Shown here piece after piece: positions 26,333 to 39,064 of a DNA stretch of 64,000 nt. The notes beneath the pieces were generated by a model that made no database searches, was not told the DNA's origin, and saw nothing but the letters and a program-made list of their open reading frames with translations. A program made the translations under genes and the position numbers. The DNA is from Eledone cirrhosa (lineage: Eukaryota), in the NCBI GenBank assembly GCA_964016885.1, contig CAXHJY010000268.1, forward strand, positions 16,762 to 80,761, read 5' to 3'. How positions within the stretch are numbered: position 1 is the first letter of the stretch; the number at the start of each line of letters is the position of its first letter.

Positions 26333-26670
26333 GAGGCACATGGCTTAGTGGTTAGAGCGTTGGCCTTGCAATCGAAAGGTTGTGAGTTCAATTCTCAGAC
26401 CGGGTGATGTGTTGTTTCCTTGAGCAAGACACTTTATTTCACATTGCTCCAGTTTACTCAGCTGTAGAAATGAGATGATAGGGACTGGGGTCCGTATCAT
26501 TCCACTGTAAAGTGGTCGTGGAGGTGCCACGGCAAAAAAAGCACCCAGCACTCACTGTAAATGAGGTTGGTGTTAGGAAGGGCATCCAGCTGTAGAAATC
26601 AAGCCAGAATCAATTCCCGTCCCACCCTTGCAAGCAGGGAGAAGCGGACGTAAAATGATGATGGTGATGA
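26333..26670 (+). mobile_element. tRNA-derived SINE family A, full length
   Basis: A box TGGCTTAGTGG, B box GAGTTCAATTCT, CCTTGAGCAAGACACTT (CORE-like), GGAAGGGCATCCAGCTGTAG, and a CGGACGTAAAATGATGATG tail. Confidence 0.92.
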
Positions 26671-26877
26671 TATAGAAAAAAGTATTTTATTTTATTTCTG
26701 TTTACCTTTTACACACACACACACGTGCGTGCGTGCGTGCGTGCGTAAAAGGTAAACAGAAATAACAACACAAGTCATTATCATCATCCTTGGTTATATG
26801 TGGGTTGGATAAGTTTGCAAATATTTCATTTTCTGTCTTGTTGCTGTATTAGTATTGTAGGTTTAACATTTTAATAC

Positions 26878-27095
26878 TAAACTGCCTGGAACTGCTTCTA
26901 GTTCTATCATAGAAAACTCCATTTTCATATTTATCTAAAAATTTTCCAATGTAAATTTATGTAAAACCCTTTATTAAGTTATGTTCCGAACACTAATTTA
27001 ATAATGAGAAAGTTATTTTTTTTACTTACTAAACCCCTCTAAATTCTTGATTATTTTCAAAATTATTTGAAAATTATCGATAGTATTATTAGAAA
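26878..27095 (-). mobile_element. Diverged MITE family 2 fragment
   Basis: Reverse-complement similarity to 54459-54898 (ttcttgattattttcaa, taataatgagaaagt). Confidence 0.55.
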
Positions 27096-27219
27096 TATTA
27101 GACATGTATTTGCTTATGTCAAAGTTTGTCTATATATGTGTGTGTGTGTGTTTACACAAGTGAGTGTGTCCGACCTTGTAGCTGTATATGTGAATGTGTT
27201 CAATATTTGTTTTTAATAA

Positions 27220-27457
27220 ACAACTACAATAATAACAACCACAGCAACAGACCTTACTAGATACACAACTACCACAATAACTACTACCACCACCACCACC
27301 ACAATAACTACTACCACCACCACCACCACAATAACTACTACCACCACCACCACCACAATAACTACTGTCACCACCACCACCACAATAACTACTACCACCA
27401 CCACCACCACAATAACTACTGTCACCACCACCACAATAACTACTACTACCACCACTA
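27220..27457. repeat. (ACC/ACT/ACA) trinucleotide minisatellite
   Basis: Directly visible. Confidence 0.9.
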
Positions 27458-27530
27458 TCCTAACATTATCTTATATACATAAGACACCAATGAGATGTTA
27501 GATTCCCAGATCAGCTGTCTGTCTTCAGTA

Positions 27531-28167
<637 letters not shown>

Positions 28168-28434
28168 GGTTTAGATTGGCTGGCTAGTCTCATATATATG
28201 GACAGTCTAGTGCACAATATATGTACTGTGTTGCACATGAATATGCATATAGGTACACATATGCATGTGGACATGTACATGGACATATGCACGTGGGCAC
28301 ACATGCATGTGGTCACATTACAATCTTATACGCATGTGGACACATGCACATGGACACGCGTGCATGGTCACATATGCACATTGACTGCCATGCATATGGG
28401 CACACACACACAGGAACATTATTGCAGACATGTC

Positions 28435-28706
28435 GCAGTAGCAGTAGTGGCAGTAGTAGTAACAGTAGCAGTATTGGCACTACTAGTAGTAGCAGTAGTA
28501 GCAGCAGTAGTAGTAGCAGTAATGGCAGTAGTAGTAGCAGCAATAGTAGTAGTAGTAGTAGTAGTAGCAGCAGTAGCAGCGGCAGTAGTAGTAGTAGTAG
28601 CAGCAAGTAGTAGTAGTAATAGTAGTAGTAGCAGTAGTAGCAGCAAGTAGTAATAGTAGTAGTAGTAGCAGCAGCAAGTAGTAGTAGTAGTAGCAGTAGT
28701 AGCAGC

Positions 28707-28744
<38 letters not shown>

Positions 28745-29685
28745 TATTAGGAATCATAAACCAATTTTGATTTAATTTCTTTTGAAATGTTGAAGAAATG
28801 ATTTTACTTATAGGACAACTACCACTATCACTACTAGTACCACTACTACTACTAGTACCACTACTACTACTAGTACCACTGCTACTAGTACCACTATCAC
28901 TACTAGTACCACTGCTACTAGTACCACTGCTACTACTACCACTGCTACTACTACCACTGCTACTAGTACCACTGCTACTAGTACCACTGCTACTAGTACC
29001 ACTGCTACTAGTACCACTGCTACTAGTACCACTACTACTAGTACCACCACCACTACTAGTACCACTACTACTACTAGTACCACTACTACTACTAGTACCA
29101 CTACTACTACTAGTACCACTACTACTACTAGTACCACTACTACTACTAGTACCACTACTACTAGTACCACTACTACTAGTACCACTACTACTACTAGTAC
29201 CACTACTACTAGTACCACTACTACTAGTACCACTACTACTAGTACCACTACTACTACTAGTACCACTACTACTAGTACCACTACTACTAGTACCACTACT
29301 ACTAGTACCACTACTACTACTAGTACCACTACTACTACTAGTACCACTACTACTACTAGTACCACTACCATTATCAATAATACTACCACCACCACTATCA
29401 ATAATAATACTACTAGCCCCACCACCACCACCAGTATCACTACTACTAGCCCCACCACCACCACCATCACCACCACCACTATCAATAATACCAGTGTCAC
29501 CACCACCACCAATACTGCCACTATCAGTAATACTACCACCACCAATATCACTACTACCACCACTAATACAGCCACTATCAGTAATACTACCACCACCACC
29601 ACTATTAATAATAATAATACCAGTATCACTACCACCATCAGTGTCACCACCACCACCACCTCTACTGCCACTATCAGTAATACTC
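28435..29685. repeat. (AGT/AGC)n tract, then opposite-polarity (ACT/ACC)n tract
   Basis: Directly visible; unique spacer at 28745-28815. Confidence 0.92.
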
Positions 29686-29829
29686 TGCACATGTCCTGCT
29701 ATTTATTCTACTACAGCAGTTGCAGCTGTTGTATTGCATGTCTATATATTCTTGATGATGATAGTGGTGGTGGTGGTGGTGGTTGGTGGGGTTGGGGGCA
29801 CTGCAGAATTTCAGGATCTCTTGCAATGT

Positions 29830-30042
29830 ACATCATCATCATCATCACTATCACCATCACCATCACCAACCATCACCCCCCCCCCCAATCTTCATCTCCA
29901 CTGCCATCATCAGAATCCCCACCATCACCACCATCATCATCATCATCATCCCCACCATCACCACCATCATCATCATCATCATCATCATCCCCACTGCCAT
30001 CATCAGAATCCACACCATCACCACCATCACCAACCACCATCA
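29830..30042. repeat. (CAT/CAC)n tract
   Basis: Directly visible. Confidence 0.9.
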
Positions 30043-30549
30043 TATGTCTGCTCTCCCTGATATCAAATGTTGGACAAGTTATCACAGACCAAGTCTGTAT
30101 GACCTCTCAAACATATCAGGAGCTACATCATACACATGTTCTGGTTTTGGCAAGGTTTCTACAGCTAGATACCCTTCCTATTCAAAACCACTTTACAGAG
30201 TGAACTGGGTGTATTTTATCCTGATACCAACACCCGTCATGTCCTTCACACAACTGGAGTTTTCTTAAACCTTTCTTTTGGCATAGTCTTCATATCAACA
30301 AACTCTTTACAGAGTGTACTGGGTGTACATATTAGAATAAATGGATTGTTTCTCTTTTAACTAACCCTGATATTAAGAGGTAAGGAGGGGTGAAGGCATG
30401 TACATGATCGATTGACCTGCTAGAAATAGAAGCCAAATCTCTCAACCTTTTTGGAACCAATCTACCTGAAATCACCCTTGATTCTATGATACAAAACTGT
30501 TCCATTTTAGAGTGTTTATATTTAATTCTAAGCCCTTTTCTTCGCCTAC

Positions 30550-30928
30550 TTATTCCTGAGAGGGTTGTGGGTAGCAGAGTCCTCAAACACTCCTTCCAGC
30601 AGGTCCTCTCAGAAGCAACTGTCACCAACTGATATGGCTGGATCTCCTAGAGAGACCAGCCAAGCTCATGAATGTTATCCAACCATCTTGCTCAGGAGGG
30701 GGGGGGGGGGTCTCCCTATAGGTCTCCTGCCGCTTGGTTTTGCCCATAAAATCTATCCAGTGATTCTTTCCCCCCCGAGACATTCTAACCACATGTCCAT
30801 AATATCAGAGCTGTCTTTCTGATCTTCAAGCTATGCACTCCATTGAGTAACGTTACTCCAAAGACCCTTCACAGAAATCCCATTTTGGCCATTTGTATTC
30901 GTGATTATATTCTTTAGGTCATTACCCA
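30550..30928 (-). mobile_element. Degenerate RTE-clade LINE 3' ORF fragment (Rex3/Expander-like)
   Basis: Frameshifted minus-strand translation: WVMT..I*SRIQMAKMGFL*RVFGVTLLNGVHS ... YGHVVRMS ... WAKPSGRRPIGRP ... LDNIHELGWS..EIQPYQLVTVASERTCWKECLRTL. Confidence 0.8.
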
Positions 30929-30943
30929 TCATAATTTAAATAT

Positions 30944-31102
30944 AAACCCTTTAAAAATTGCTTTTTTTTAATCTTTTTTTGGAGAGTGATGTTAAAACAT
31001 TTCCTTTTTTTGCTCTGATGATTGGCTCCCTTCATTTTTTTTTTTGTTTTTGTTTCATAGAATCAGAGGTAGTTTTGAGAAGGTTGGTATTGAAAGGGTT
31101 AA
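30944..31102. mobile_element. Degenerate TTAA-type MITE (family 2-like)
   Basis: taaacccttt ... aaagggttaa termini; the right end resembles 54845-54898. Confidence 0.5.
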
Positions 31103-31344
31103 ATATCAGAAATTTCTAACAGCCTGAGGTCAATGAAATATAAGCTCAGTGTCTCCATTGAAACAGGATATTAGAACTGAGGCCTTTTGAATACATAGGC
31201 CAAGTAGAAAAAGATAGAGACAAGGATAGTAACCCTTGTTAAAGGATAAAGGATAATAAGAGACCATTGTGATGGGAACCAAATATCATTGTTCTATTAA
31301 GTATAGATAGTGTATATTAAGTGTAAACATGTAAATAAGGATAT

Positions 31345-31526
31345 ATAATTGTTTATACTTTTGGCACAAGACCAGCAATTATCCCAGTGTATTACTGGTA
31401 CTTTATTTTATCGACCTCGTAAGGATGAAAGGCAAAGTTAACCTCGGCGGGATTTGAACTCAGATCGTAAAGGCCCATAACTCCATGCTGCAAAGCATGG
31501 CGTCTGACCCCCTAACGATTCTGCCA
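31345..31526 (-). mobile_element. tRNA-derived SINE family B (Meta/MESC-like central domain)
   Basis: Minus strand has B box GAGTTCAAATCCC, then GCCGAGGTTAACTTTGCCTTTCATCCTTACG-GGTCGATAAAATAAAGTACC. Confidence 0.85.
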
Positions 31527-31638
31527 GATATATAATGCTGGTATAGAGTGTGACAACTGTATGGGTGTATACTAACTGAGTGATGTACGTGTATAGTCAC
31601 ATCTATATAAAGGATCTTGTATATATTTGGTGCATGCT

Positions 31639-31819
<181 letters not shown>

Positions 31820-31939
31820 ATCATTTAATGTCTATTTTCCATGCTAGCATGGGTCAGGTGGGTTTGTCCTATTTGAGACAAGTTGGGTCAGGTGACCATG
31901 TCTGGCTGGTTTTCTACGGCTGAATGCCCTTATATATAT

Positions 31940-32165
31940 AGTGTGCATTGTTGCATAATAAATGCAGGCAGTGGATACTGTGCACTATTGCTGCATTAAG
32001 TGTGGTCGAAACTTGAGTATGAGTATAGATTGAAGGTATCCATTTACGTGTGTTGTATTGAAGCGAATAACTGTGTCTACTCTGGCATTTTACATAACAT
32101 TACCTATTGAGTACGCTGAGATGCAACCGGTATTAGTAGTGAAACCCATGCTAGTCCTGCCAACT
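31940..32165 (+). mobile_element. PLE-like terminal fragment with only the 3' half of a hammerhead
   Basis: gctgca-ttaag-tgtggt CGAAAC ttga GTA at ~31990-32019; CUGANGA is absent. tattgagtacgctg at 32105 resembles the 26165 fragment. Bounded by TA runs. Confidence 0.4.
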
Positions 32166-32175
32166 TATATATATA

Positions 32176-32510
32176 AGGCACATGACTTAGTGGTTAGAGC
32201 ATTGGCCTTGCAATCGAAAGGTTGTGAGTTCAATTCTCAGACTGGGTGATGTGTTGTTTCCTTGAGCAAGACACTTTATTTCACATTGCTCCAGTTTACT
32301 CAGCTGTAGAAATGAGATGATAGGGACTGGGGTCCATATCATTCCACTGCAAAGTGGTCGTGGAGGTGCCATGGCAAAAAAGCACCACCACTCACTGTAA
32401 ATGAGGTTGGTGTTAGGAAGGGCATCCAGCTGTAGAAATCAAGCCAGAATCAGTTCCCGTCCGACCCTTGCAAGCAGGGAAAAAGCGGACGTAAAATGAA
32501 ATGATGATGA
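32176..32510 (+). mobile_element. SINE family A, full length
   Basis: Near-identical to 26333-26670. Confidence 0.92.
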
Positions 32511-32524
32511 TATATATATATATT

Positions 32525-32763
32525 GTGTAGGTGTCACGACAAAAAAAAAAAAAAAAAACACAGTCCACGCTGTAATGTGGCCGTGTAGGTAACACGGTAA
32601 AAAGTTCCCAGTTCCACACTGTAAATGTGGTTGGTGTTAGAAAACCTGCCAGATAGTCCTATATGAGTGAGACACGGTCACTCGACCAACCTTGCCTCAA
32701 GTGGAACAACTCCCGTCTAACCCATGCTAGCATGGAAGATGGACGTTAAACGAAGATGATGAT
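32525..32763 (+). mobile_element. SINE 3' half, related subfamily D
   Basis: Matches the reverse complement of 52037-52275; ccatgctagcatggaagatggacgttaaacg tail. Confidence 0.8.
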
Positions 32764-32768
32764 ATATA

Positions 32769-33088
32769 GTTATACTTTTGGATGGTCATGTTGCCAATAA
32801 AAACCTGTTGGTTTTCTCTTCAATTTAGTATAAACTACCAGTTGGTTAGTTTAATAACTGGATGGTTGTTTATTTGTTGACTGTCAAAGCTCTTGTGTTA
32901 CACATTCTGTGGCCTCCTCAGTGACTAATTTGTTATTTTGTGTTTCTCCTCTGTTCTGTCCTACATCTTATGAACAGTGTGCTGTATACTTGGACTTATT
33001 GAACTGACTGGGAGTTTATGATAAATTGAAGTGAAAACCAACAGGTGCGTGTGTTTTTATTGGCAGCATGACCCTCCCGAAGTATAAC
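32769..33088. mobile_element. Old PLE-like fold-back element with a decayed hammerhead
   Basis: 32769-~32850 is an imperfect inverted copy of ~33000-33088. Minus 32925-32883 reads GUCA CUGAGGA GGCCAC-agaau-GUG ... UGAC with GAAA lost. Confidence 0.55.
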
Positions 33089-33140
33089 AATATCTGTTGA
33101 ACACGTTTTCAGATAAGAAATCTTGCAAAACAAATACAAA

Positions 33141-33178
<38 letters not shown>

Positions 33179-33536
33179 TGCGTGTGCGTAACTTGGTTCA
33201 CAAACTTAAATTCCTGGAGATGTTACATCACCTGAAATGTTCATTTTATCATACAAAATGTAGAGAGAGAGAGAGTTAAGGTGAGGGAGAGAGAGATATC
33301 ACCATAGTAACTAACTACACAGAAAATTACACTTTCCCACCAATACTCCCAGCTTGTTGCCAACCGCTGTTGCCGGCTTATGTATTCATTATTTGAGACA
33401 GCATTCATGAGCCAAGGAGTTTTATGTTCAGAAATATAGTTCTTGAACTGATTTGTTTGTCTGTCTGTCTGTATATATATCATCATCATCAGTCCGCTTT
33501 TCCCTGCTTGCAAGGATGGGACAGGAACTGATATAA

Positions 33537-33576
<40 letters not shown>

Positions 33577-33578
<2 letters not shown>

Positions 33579-33871
33579 GGTGTTGGATGTTCAAAGCATC
33601 CGTAAGCGGCAGACCGTTTGAGCACTCGATGCCCTCGTAGAGCAGAGTATGATATCACAGAAAAAAGAGAATCAGTGTTGCGACGAAAGGAATTTATTGG
33701 GCATATATTACAATTGTTTCTCGGGCGACCAGCTCGAGGCACGATCGATGTGGTGATCAAACCTGACTGAAATCGCGTGGTCCTCGGATACGTCTCGATT
33801 ATACGAAGTAGATTTTCCTATTGGAAATAGGAAAATCTGCTTCGTAGAATCTGATTCTCTTTTTTCTGTGA
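33577..33871 (-). mobile_element. PLE-like element with a 21-bp inverted repeat and internal hairpin
   Basis: tcacagaaaaaagagaatcag (33655) / ctgattctcttttttctgtga (33851); 21-bp hairpin at 33802-33846; TA tracts on both sides. Confidence 0.6.
33705..33791 (-). ncRNA. Variant hammerhead-like motif with expanded stem II domain
   Basis: Minus: GUAU CCGAGGA [~60 nt] GAAAC-aauu-GUA AUAU. Palindromic ACAAUUGU stem III; U4C core variant. Confidence 0.45.
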
Positions 33872-34077
33872 CATATATATATATATATTTACACACACAC
33901 AGTTCTTGAAAATTGTATGTGGTGATCAAAAAGCACAAGTGATCAGTTAAACATACACACACATACATACATATACATCCATATATATATATATATATAT
34001 ATACCATCATTATCATCATCGTTTAACTTCCATTTTCCATGCTAGCATGGGTGTGTGTGTAAATATATATATATAAG

Positions 34078-34423
<346 letters not shown>

Positions 34424-34577
34424 TAATGATGTATACACAGTACGTCACAAGTACAAATCTCACAAGTGATCAACTAAATATACATAAACACACGTGTGTA
34501 CATGTATATATACACGCGTGTGTACATGTACACGCGTGTATACATGTATATACACACGCGTGTATACATGTATATAT

Positions 34578-35028
34578 GGTGGCTGCCAACTCGTTTTCGA
34601 GTACGGCCACTACTTTATATCCATGTAGGAGAACCCCTACCGATGCGCTGAACAAGTGTGACTTTTTAGTCCAGCCAGCGACTTGAAAACTCTCGTACAA
34701 ACACTACACTTGTGACAATTATTGACACATAGTGCTGGACCCATGGTACCAACCATGTGACGACAAGTGTAGAGAGATCTCCAGATATAAAGCAATGCCT
34801 GTGCCGTGAAGCTTTTATAGTGAGCAAAGGCACTGCACAAAGCCAGTCCCACTCTCTTAACCAAGATGATATTTACCAAAAAGAAGAACAAGTCAACATC
34901 ATTGGATACCATCAGGGTTGCAGGTGTTATATCAGAGTTTTCCTTCTCCTAGAATTCTGCCTTGACAAAGGCTAAGGGGTCATCTCTCCCGGTGATTTTG
35001 GATGGCCATTGACTCTTAAGAGCTCCTT
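34578..35028 (-). mobile_element. Bipartite RTE element, 5'-truncated copy
   Basis: Highly similar to 8371-8817. Confidence 0.9.
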
Positions 35029-35385
35029 GTATATATACACGCGTGTATACATGTACATATACACGCGTGTATACATGTACATATACACGCGTGTATACAT
35101 GTACATATACACGCGTGTATACATGTACATATACACGCGTGTGTACATGTACATATACACGCGTGTGTACATGTACATATACACGCGTGTGTACATGTAT
35201 ATATACACGCGTGTGTACATGTATATATACACGCGTGTGTACATGTATATATACACGCGTGTGTACATGTATATATACACGCGTGTGTACATGTATATAT
35301 ACACGCGTGTGTACATGTATATATACACGCGTGTGTACATGTATATATACACGCGTGTGTACATGTATATATACACGCGTGTATA
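35029..35385. repeat. 24-bp palindrome-rich minisatellite (tacacgcgtgt[a/g]tacatgta[c/t]ata), ~15 copies
   Basis: 8-codon periodicity in the ORF track; ACGCGT in every unit. Confidence 0.95.
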
Positions 35386-35485
35386 TATATATACACACAT
35401 GTGAGTACACAGTACTTCACAAGTGATCAATTAAATATTCATAAATACAATTTTATAGGATACAGAAATAATTGTTTACTTCCTA

Positions 35486-35845
35486 CCATCACCACCACCA
35501 CTTCTACCACCACCACCACCACCACCACTACTACAACCACTACTACTAACACCACAATAACAATTACCACTACGACCACCACCACCTCCTCCGCCACTAC
35601 TACCACCTCTACCACTACCTCCTCTACCACCACCACCACCACCACTACTACTACAACCACCACCACCACCACTACTACTACAACCACCACCACCACCACT
35701 ACTACTACAACCACCACCACCACCACTACTACTACAACCACTACTACTAACACCACAATAACAATTACCACTACGACCACCACCACCTCCTCCGCCACTA
35801 CTACCACCTCTACCACCACTACCACCGCCAACACTGCTACAACTG
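35486..35845. repeat. (ACC/ACT)n tract with an internal duplication
   Basis: aacaccacaataacaattaccactacgacc...tcctccgcc occurs at ~35548 and ~35749. Confidence 0.9.
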
Positions 35846-36089
35846 TTATTCCAAAGAAGTTTAAAGTATTGGCAATTTGGAATCCACTGTTAGTTGTGTA
35901 TCAAGGTAAACACAGCAATAATTATACACACTAATGTGTGAGTGTGTGTATATATATATACATACGTGTGTGTGTATATGTATGCATATATGTGTATAAA
36001 TATGTGTGAGAGTGTATGTTTGTATGTTTGTGTGGACAGTGAAAATCACTTAACTAAAGTGACTGCTTCCAATTCTGGAGAGGTTGATG

Positions 36090-36103
36090 TTATGATGATG
36101 TCA

Positions 36104-36137
<34 letters not shown>

Positions 36138-36248
36138 CGGTGATAATGATGTTGATAATAATGATAAAGATGATGATAATCATAATGATGATGTCGGTGA
36201 CGACGGTGTTGATAATGATGGTGTTGATAATGATGATGATGATAATGT
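36090..36248. repeat. (GAT)n tract
   Basis: Directly visible. Confidence 0.9.
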
Positions 36249-36534
36249 TTGTTTTCAAGACTATCAATTATATGAAGGAACTTCAGAGTGGTCTAATTTG
36301 ATTTGTAAACTATATTGTTGGTAAAATATATCTTTTAAGTACCTGAATTGCCAAAGAACAGAGCTACATTGATGTGTCTGTCTGTCTGTCTGTCACTGTC
36401 TGTGTGTGTGTCTCTGTGTGTGTCTCTATGTGTGTCTCTATGTCTCTCTGTGTGTCTCTCTGTGTATGTGTGTGAGAGAGAGAGAGAGATGTGATATGAT
36501 ATAAAGACAACATGAAACTCATAAACCAATCAAT

Positions 36535-36880
36535 GACAGAGAAATAGAGGATGAAAGAGCATGAGAGAGAGAGAGAGAGAGGTTGAGAAAGTGAAAAGAA
36601 AGTGAAATACAGGGTGAAGAAAGAAAGAGAGAAAGGGTAGAGAAGGATGTCTTTGGTAAAAAAAAAAATCATTTTATGCTTGTTTTCTTGGATAAGACTT
36701 CAATACATCCTATAACTTGTAGTAGAGGTTTAATGGACCTTGTCTACCACATCCTATTGGAGAAAACAGGCATTTTTTTAACCAAAGATATCCTTTATCT
36801 CTCTCACCCTTTCTTACTTCACCCTCTATTTCACTCTCTTTTTTTTACTTTCTCTCTCTCACCCTATATTTCTTTGTTTA
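36535..36880. repeat. Imperfect long inverted repeat (fold-back)
   Basis: gtgaaatacagggtgaag...ggatgtctttggtaaaaa...atgcttgttttct pairs with agaaaacaggcat...accaaagatatcc...cttcaccctctatttcac. Confidence 0.7.
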
Positions 36881-37634
36881 CCACAACATCCCCTAACATG
36901 TGATCCTTCATAAGGTTCCACTTTCTTGGATTATGTCTCACCATTTCACCACAGTTGTTCACATATCCTTCACTACACTCTCCTCTCTCTCTCTCACACA
37001 CACACATGCAGACACACACACTAAGGATCAGGTCCTTAGCCAAAATATGCTTTTTATGCAGAGAACTACAATAATGAGCTTTGTACAGTTAGTTGATCAG
37101 AGTTGTGTTATAAGATGCAAGTTGCCTGTTGCAGAGTCATTAGATGCACAGATGTTAGTTGCAGAGTTGAGAGTTACCAGTTGCAGAGATGCTAGATGCA
37201 CAGATGCTAGTTACCAGTTGCAGAGATGCTAGATGCAGATGGCCAGTCTATAATTATATCTGATTTTCTGGCACAAAAGAGAGACACAAACAAAACTAAG
37301 CCAGGCAGAAGTGATTCTTGGATAAAAATTACTCAGAAGAGAAAGAAAAAACTTATGAAAATCAATAAGGATTCCATGATAAAAGGACGGGAAGGAAGAA
37401 GGAATGAGGCAAAATCTGAGGAGGGCATGAGTAAGTAATGAGATCAAATATATGAATGAGATCAATACAAAAAAGAGAATTTTTGGAAAAGCAAAGACTG
37501 GAGTGCAAAGAAATCAATAAAAGTTTCTTCTGTAATTCGAGAGAGAGAAACCTAGCGAAATTGCATATTCTGGTGCAGTGTAATAGTGCCAAATTGACTG
37601 AACAGACCAAAAGGGAACAGTAGAGAAATGAATG

Positions 37635-37872
37635 AACAATTTTGGTACAAGTATATGGATTGAACAATTTTAGTACCAATCTATGAAATCAAATAGTTTT
37701 GGTACAAATATACGAACTGAACAGTTTTAGTATAAGTATATGAAATCAAATAGTTTTGGTACAAATATAATTGAACAGTTTTATTATAAGTATATAAAAT
37801 CAAATAGTTTTGGAAACAGTGTACTATATCAAATAGTTTTAGTACAGATATATGGAATCAAATAGTTTTACT
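37635..37872. repeat. Degenerate ~29-bp minisatellite (aaatagttttggtacaaatatatggaatc)
   Basis: About eight diverged copies. Confidence 0.8.
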
Positions 37873-38460
37873 GCACGTATACCACCAACACTACCACTAT
37901 TACCAACTACACTACCACCATCACCCAATATAATTTAAATACTGATTATATGTATCCTGTTTATATATATATGTATGTGTGTGCATGTGTATGTGTGTGT
38001 GTGCATGTATGTATGTGTGTGTGTATGTGTGTGTGTGTATATGTATATCATCATCATCATCAAACCAACTGTATCCCTGAATAGTGTAAGAGGTGACTAA
38101 GAGAGTTGGCATCAGGAAGGACATTCAGTTGTAAAATACTGCCTAGAAATGACCAACTTATGCCAAGTTTGAATGATTATGGTATACTAGACATTGCAGA
38201 AGTCTTGTCAGTACACAAAAGCTTATCTAATGTTATGGATTTTATTCATCCTACTTATTCAAATTTCATTGGCTGGCAAAACAACAACATCCGTGAGGGA
38301 TCATTATTAAAATTACAAATTTCCGAAATAGTATATTTTGGGTGAATATTTACAGTATTGTTATATAAGTGATGTCCAAAAATGATCAAGTGTCTTATTC
38401 CTGGATGTTCACATCATCATCATCATCATTTTATCATCATCGTCATCATCATTAGCATCA

Positions 38461-38790
38461 CCACTTTACAGTATGTACTGGGTGTATTTTATCATAGTTC
38501 CAGTACTACCACATTACAGTGTACTGGGTGTATTTTATCATGACACCAACACCACCATTTTACAGTATGTACTGGGTGTATTTTATCATAGCTCCAGTAC
38601 TACCACATTACAGAGTGTACTGGGTGTATTTTATCATGACACCAACACCACCATTTTACAGTATGTACTGGGTGTATTTTATCATAGTTCCAGTACTACC
38701 ACATTACAGAGAGTACTGGGTGTATGTTACCATGGCACCAACACCACCATTTTACAAAGTAAACTGAAGTATTTTATTATGACATTAACC
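38461..38790. repeat. Dimeric (ABAB) ~45-bp-monomer tandem repeat
   Basis: gtactgggtgtattttatcat followed alternately by agttccagtactaccacatt and gacaccaacaccaccatttt. Confidence 0.88.
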
Positions 38791-39064
38791 TACTAATTTT
38801 ATCCAAGTATGAACACTTCAAAACAGGTAGTTATATACCATAAAACAAAGTGCCTTTCATGTGGGTTGGTAGCAAGAGGGTTAATATTAAACAGTATAAA
38901 ATGATGCTTGCATGTGAAGTGTGATGCTGCATGGTAGTGAAACATGGGTAGAGACTGTAGAGGTCATGCATAGGCTAGAGAGACAAGCATGTTTTGATGG
39001 ATGTGCAATGTAAATGTGAGAGAAAGGCAGAGCTTGAATAAACTGAGGGAGAAGCTGGGTTTAA

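Noticed and set aside
26333-26405. tRNA genes at SINE heads
   Set aside because: A and B boxes are present, but the sequence continues into SINE body and tail with no complete cloverleaf or poly-T terminator.
37226-37640. Lys/Arg-rich short ORF
   Set aside because: Purine-rich sequence with frequent stops and no recognisable domain.
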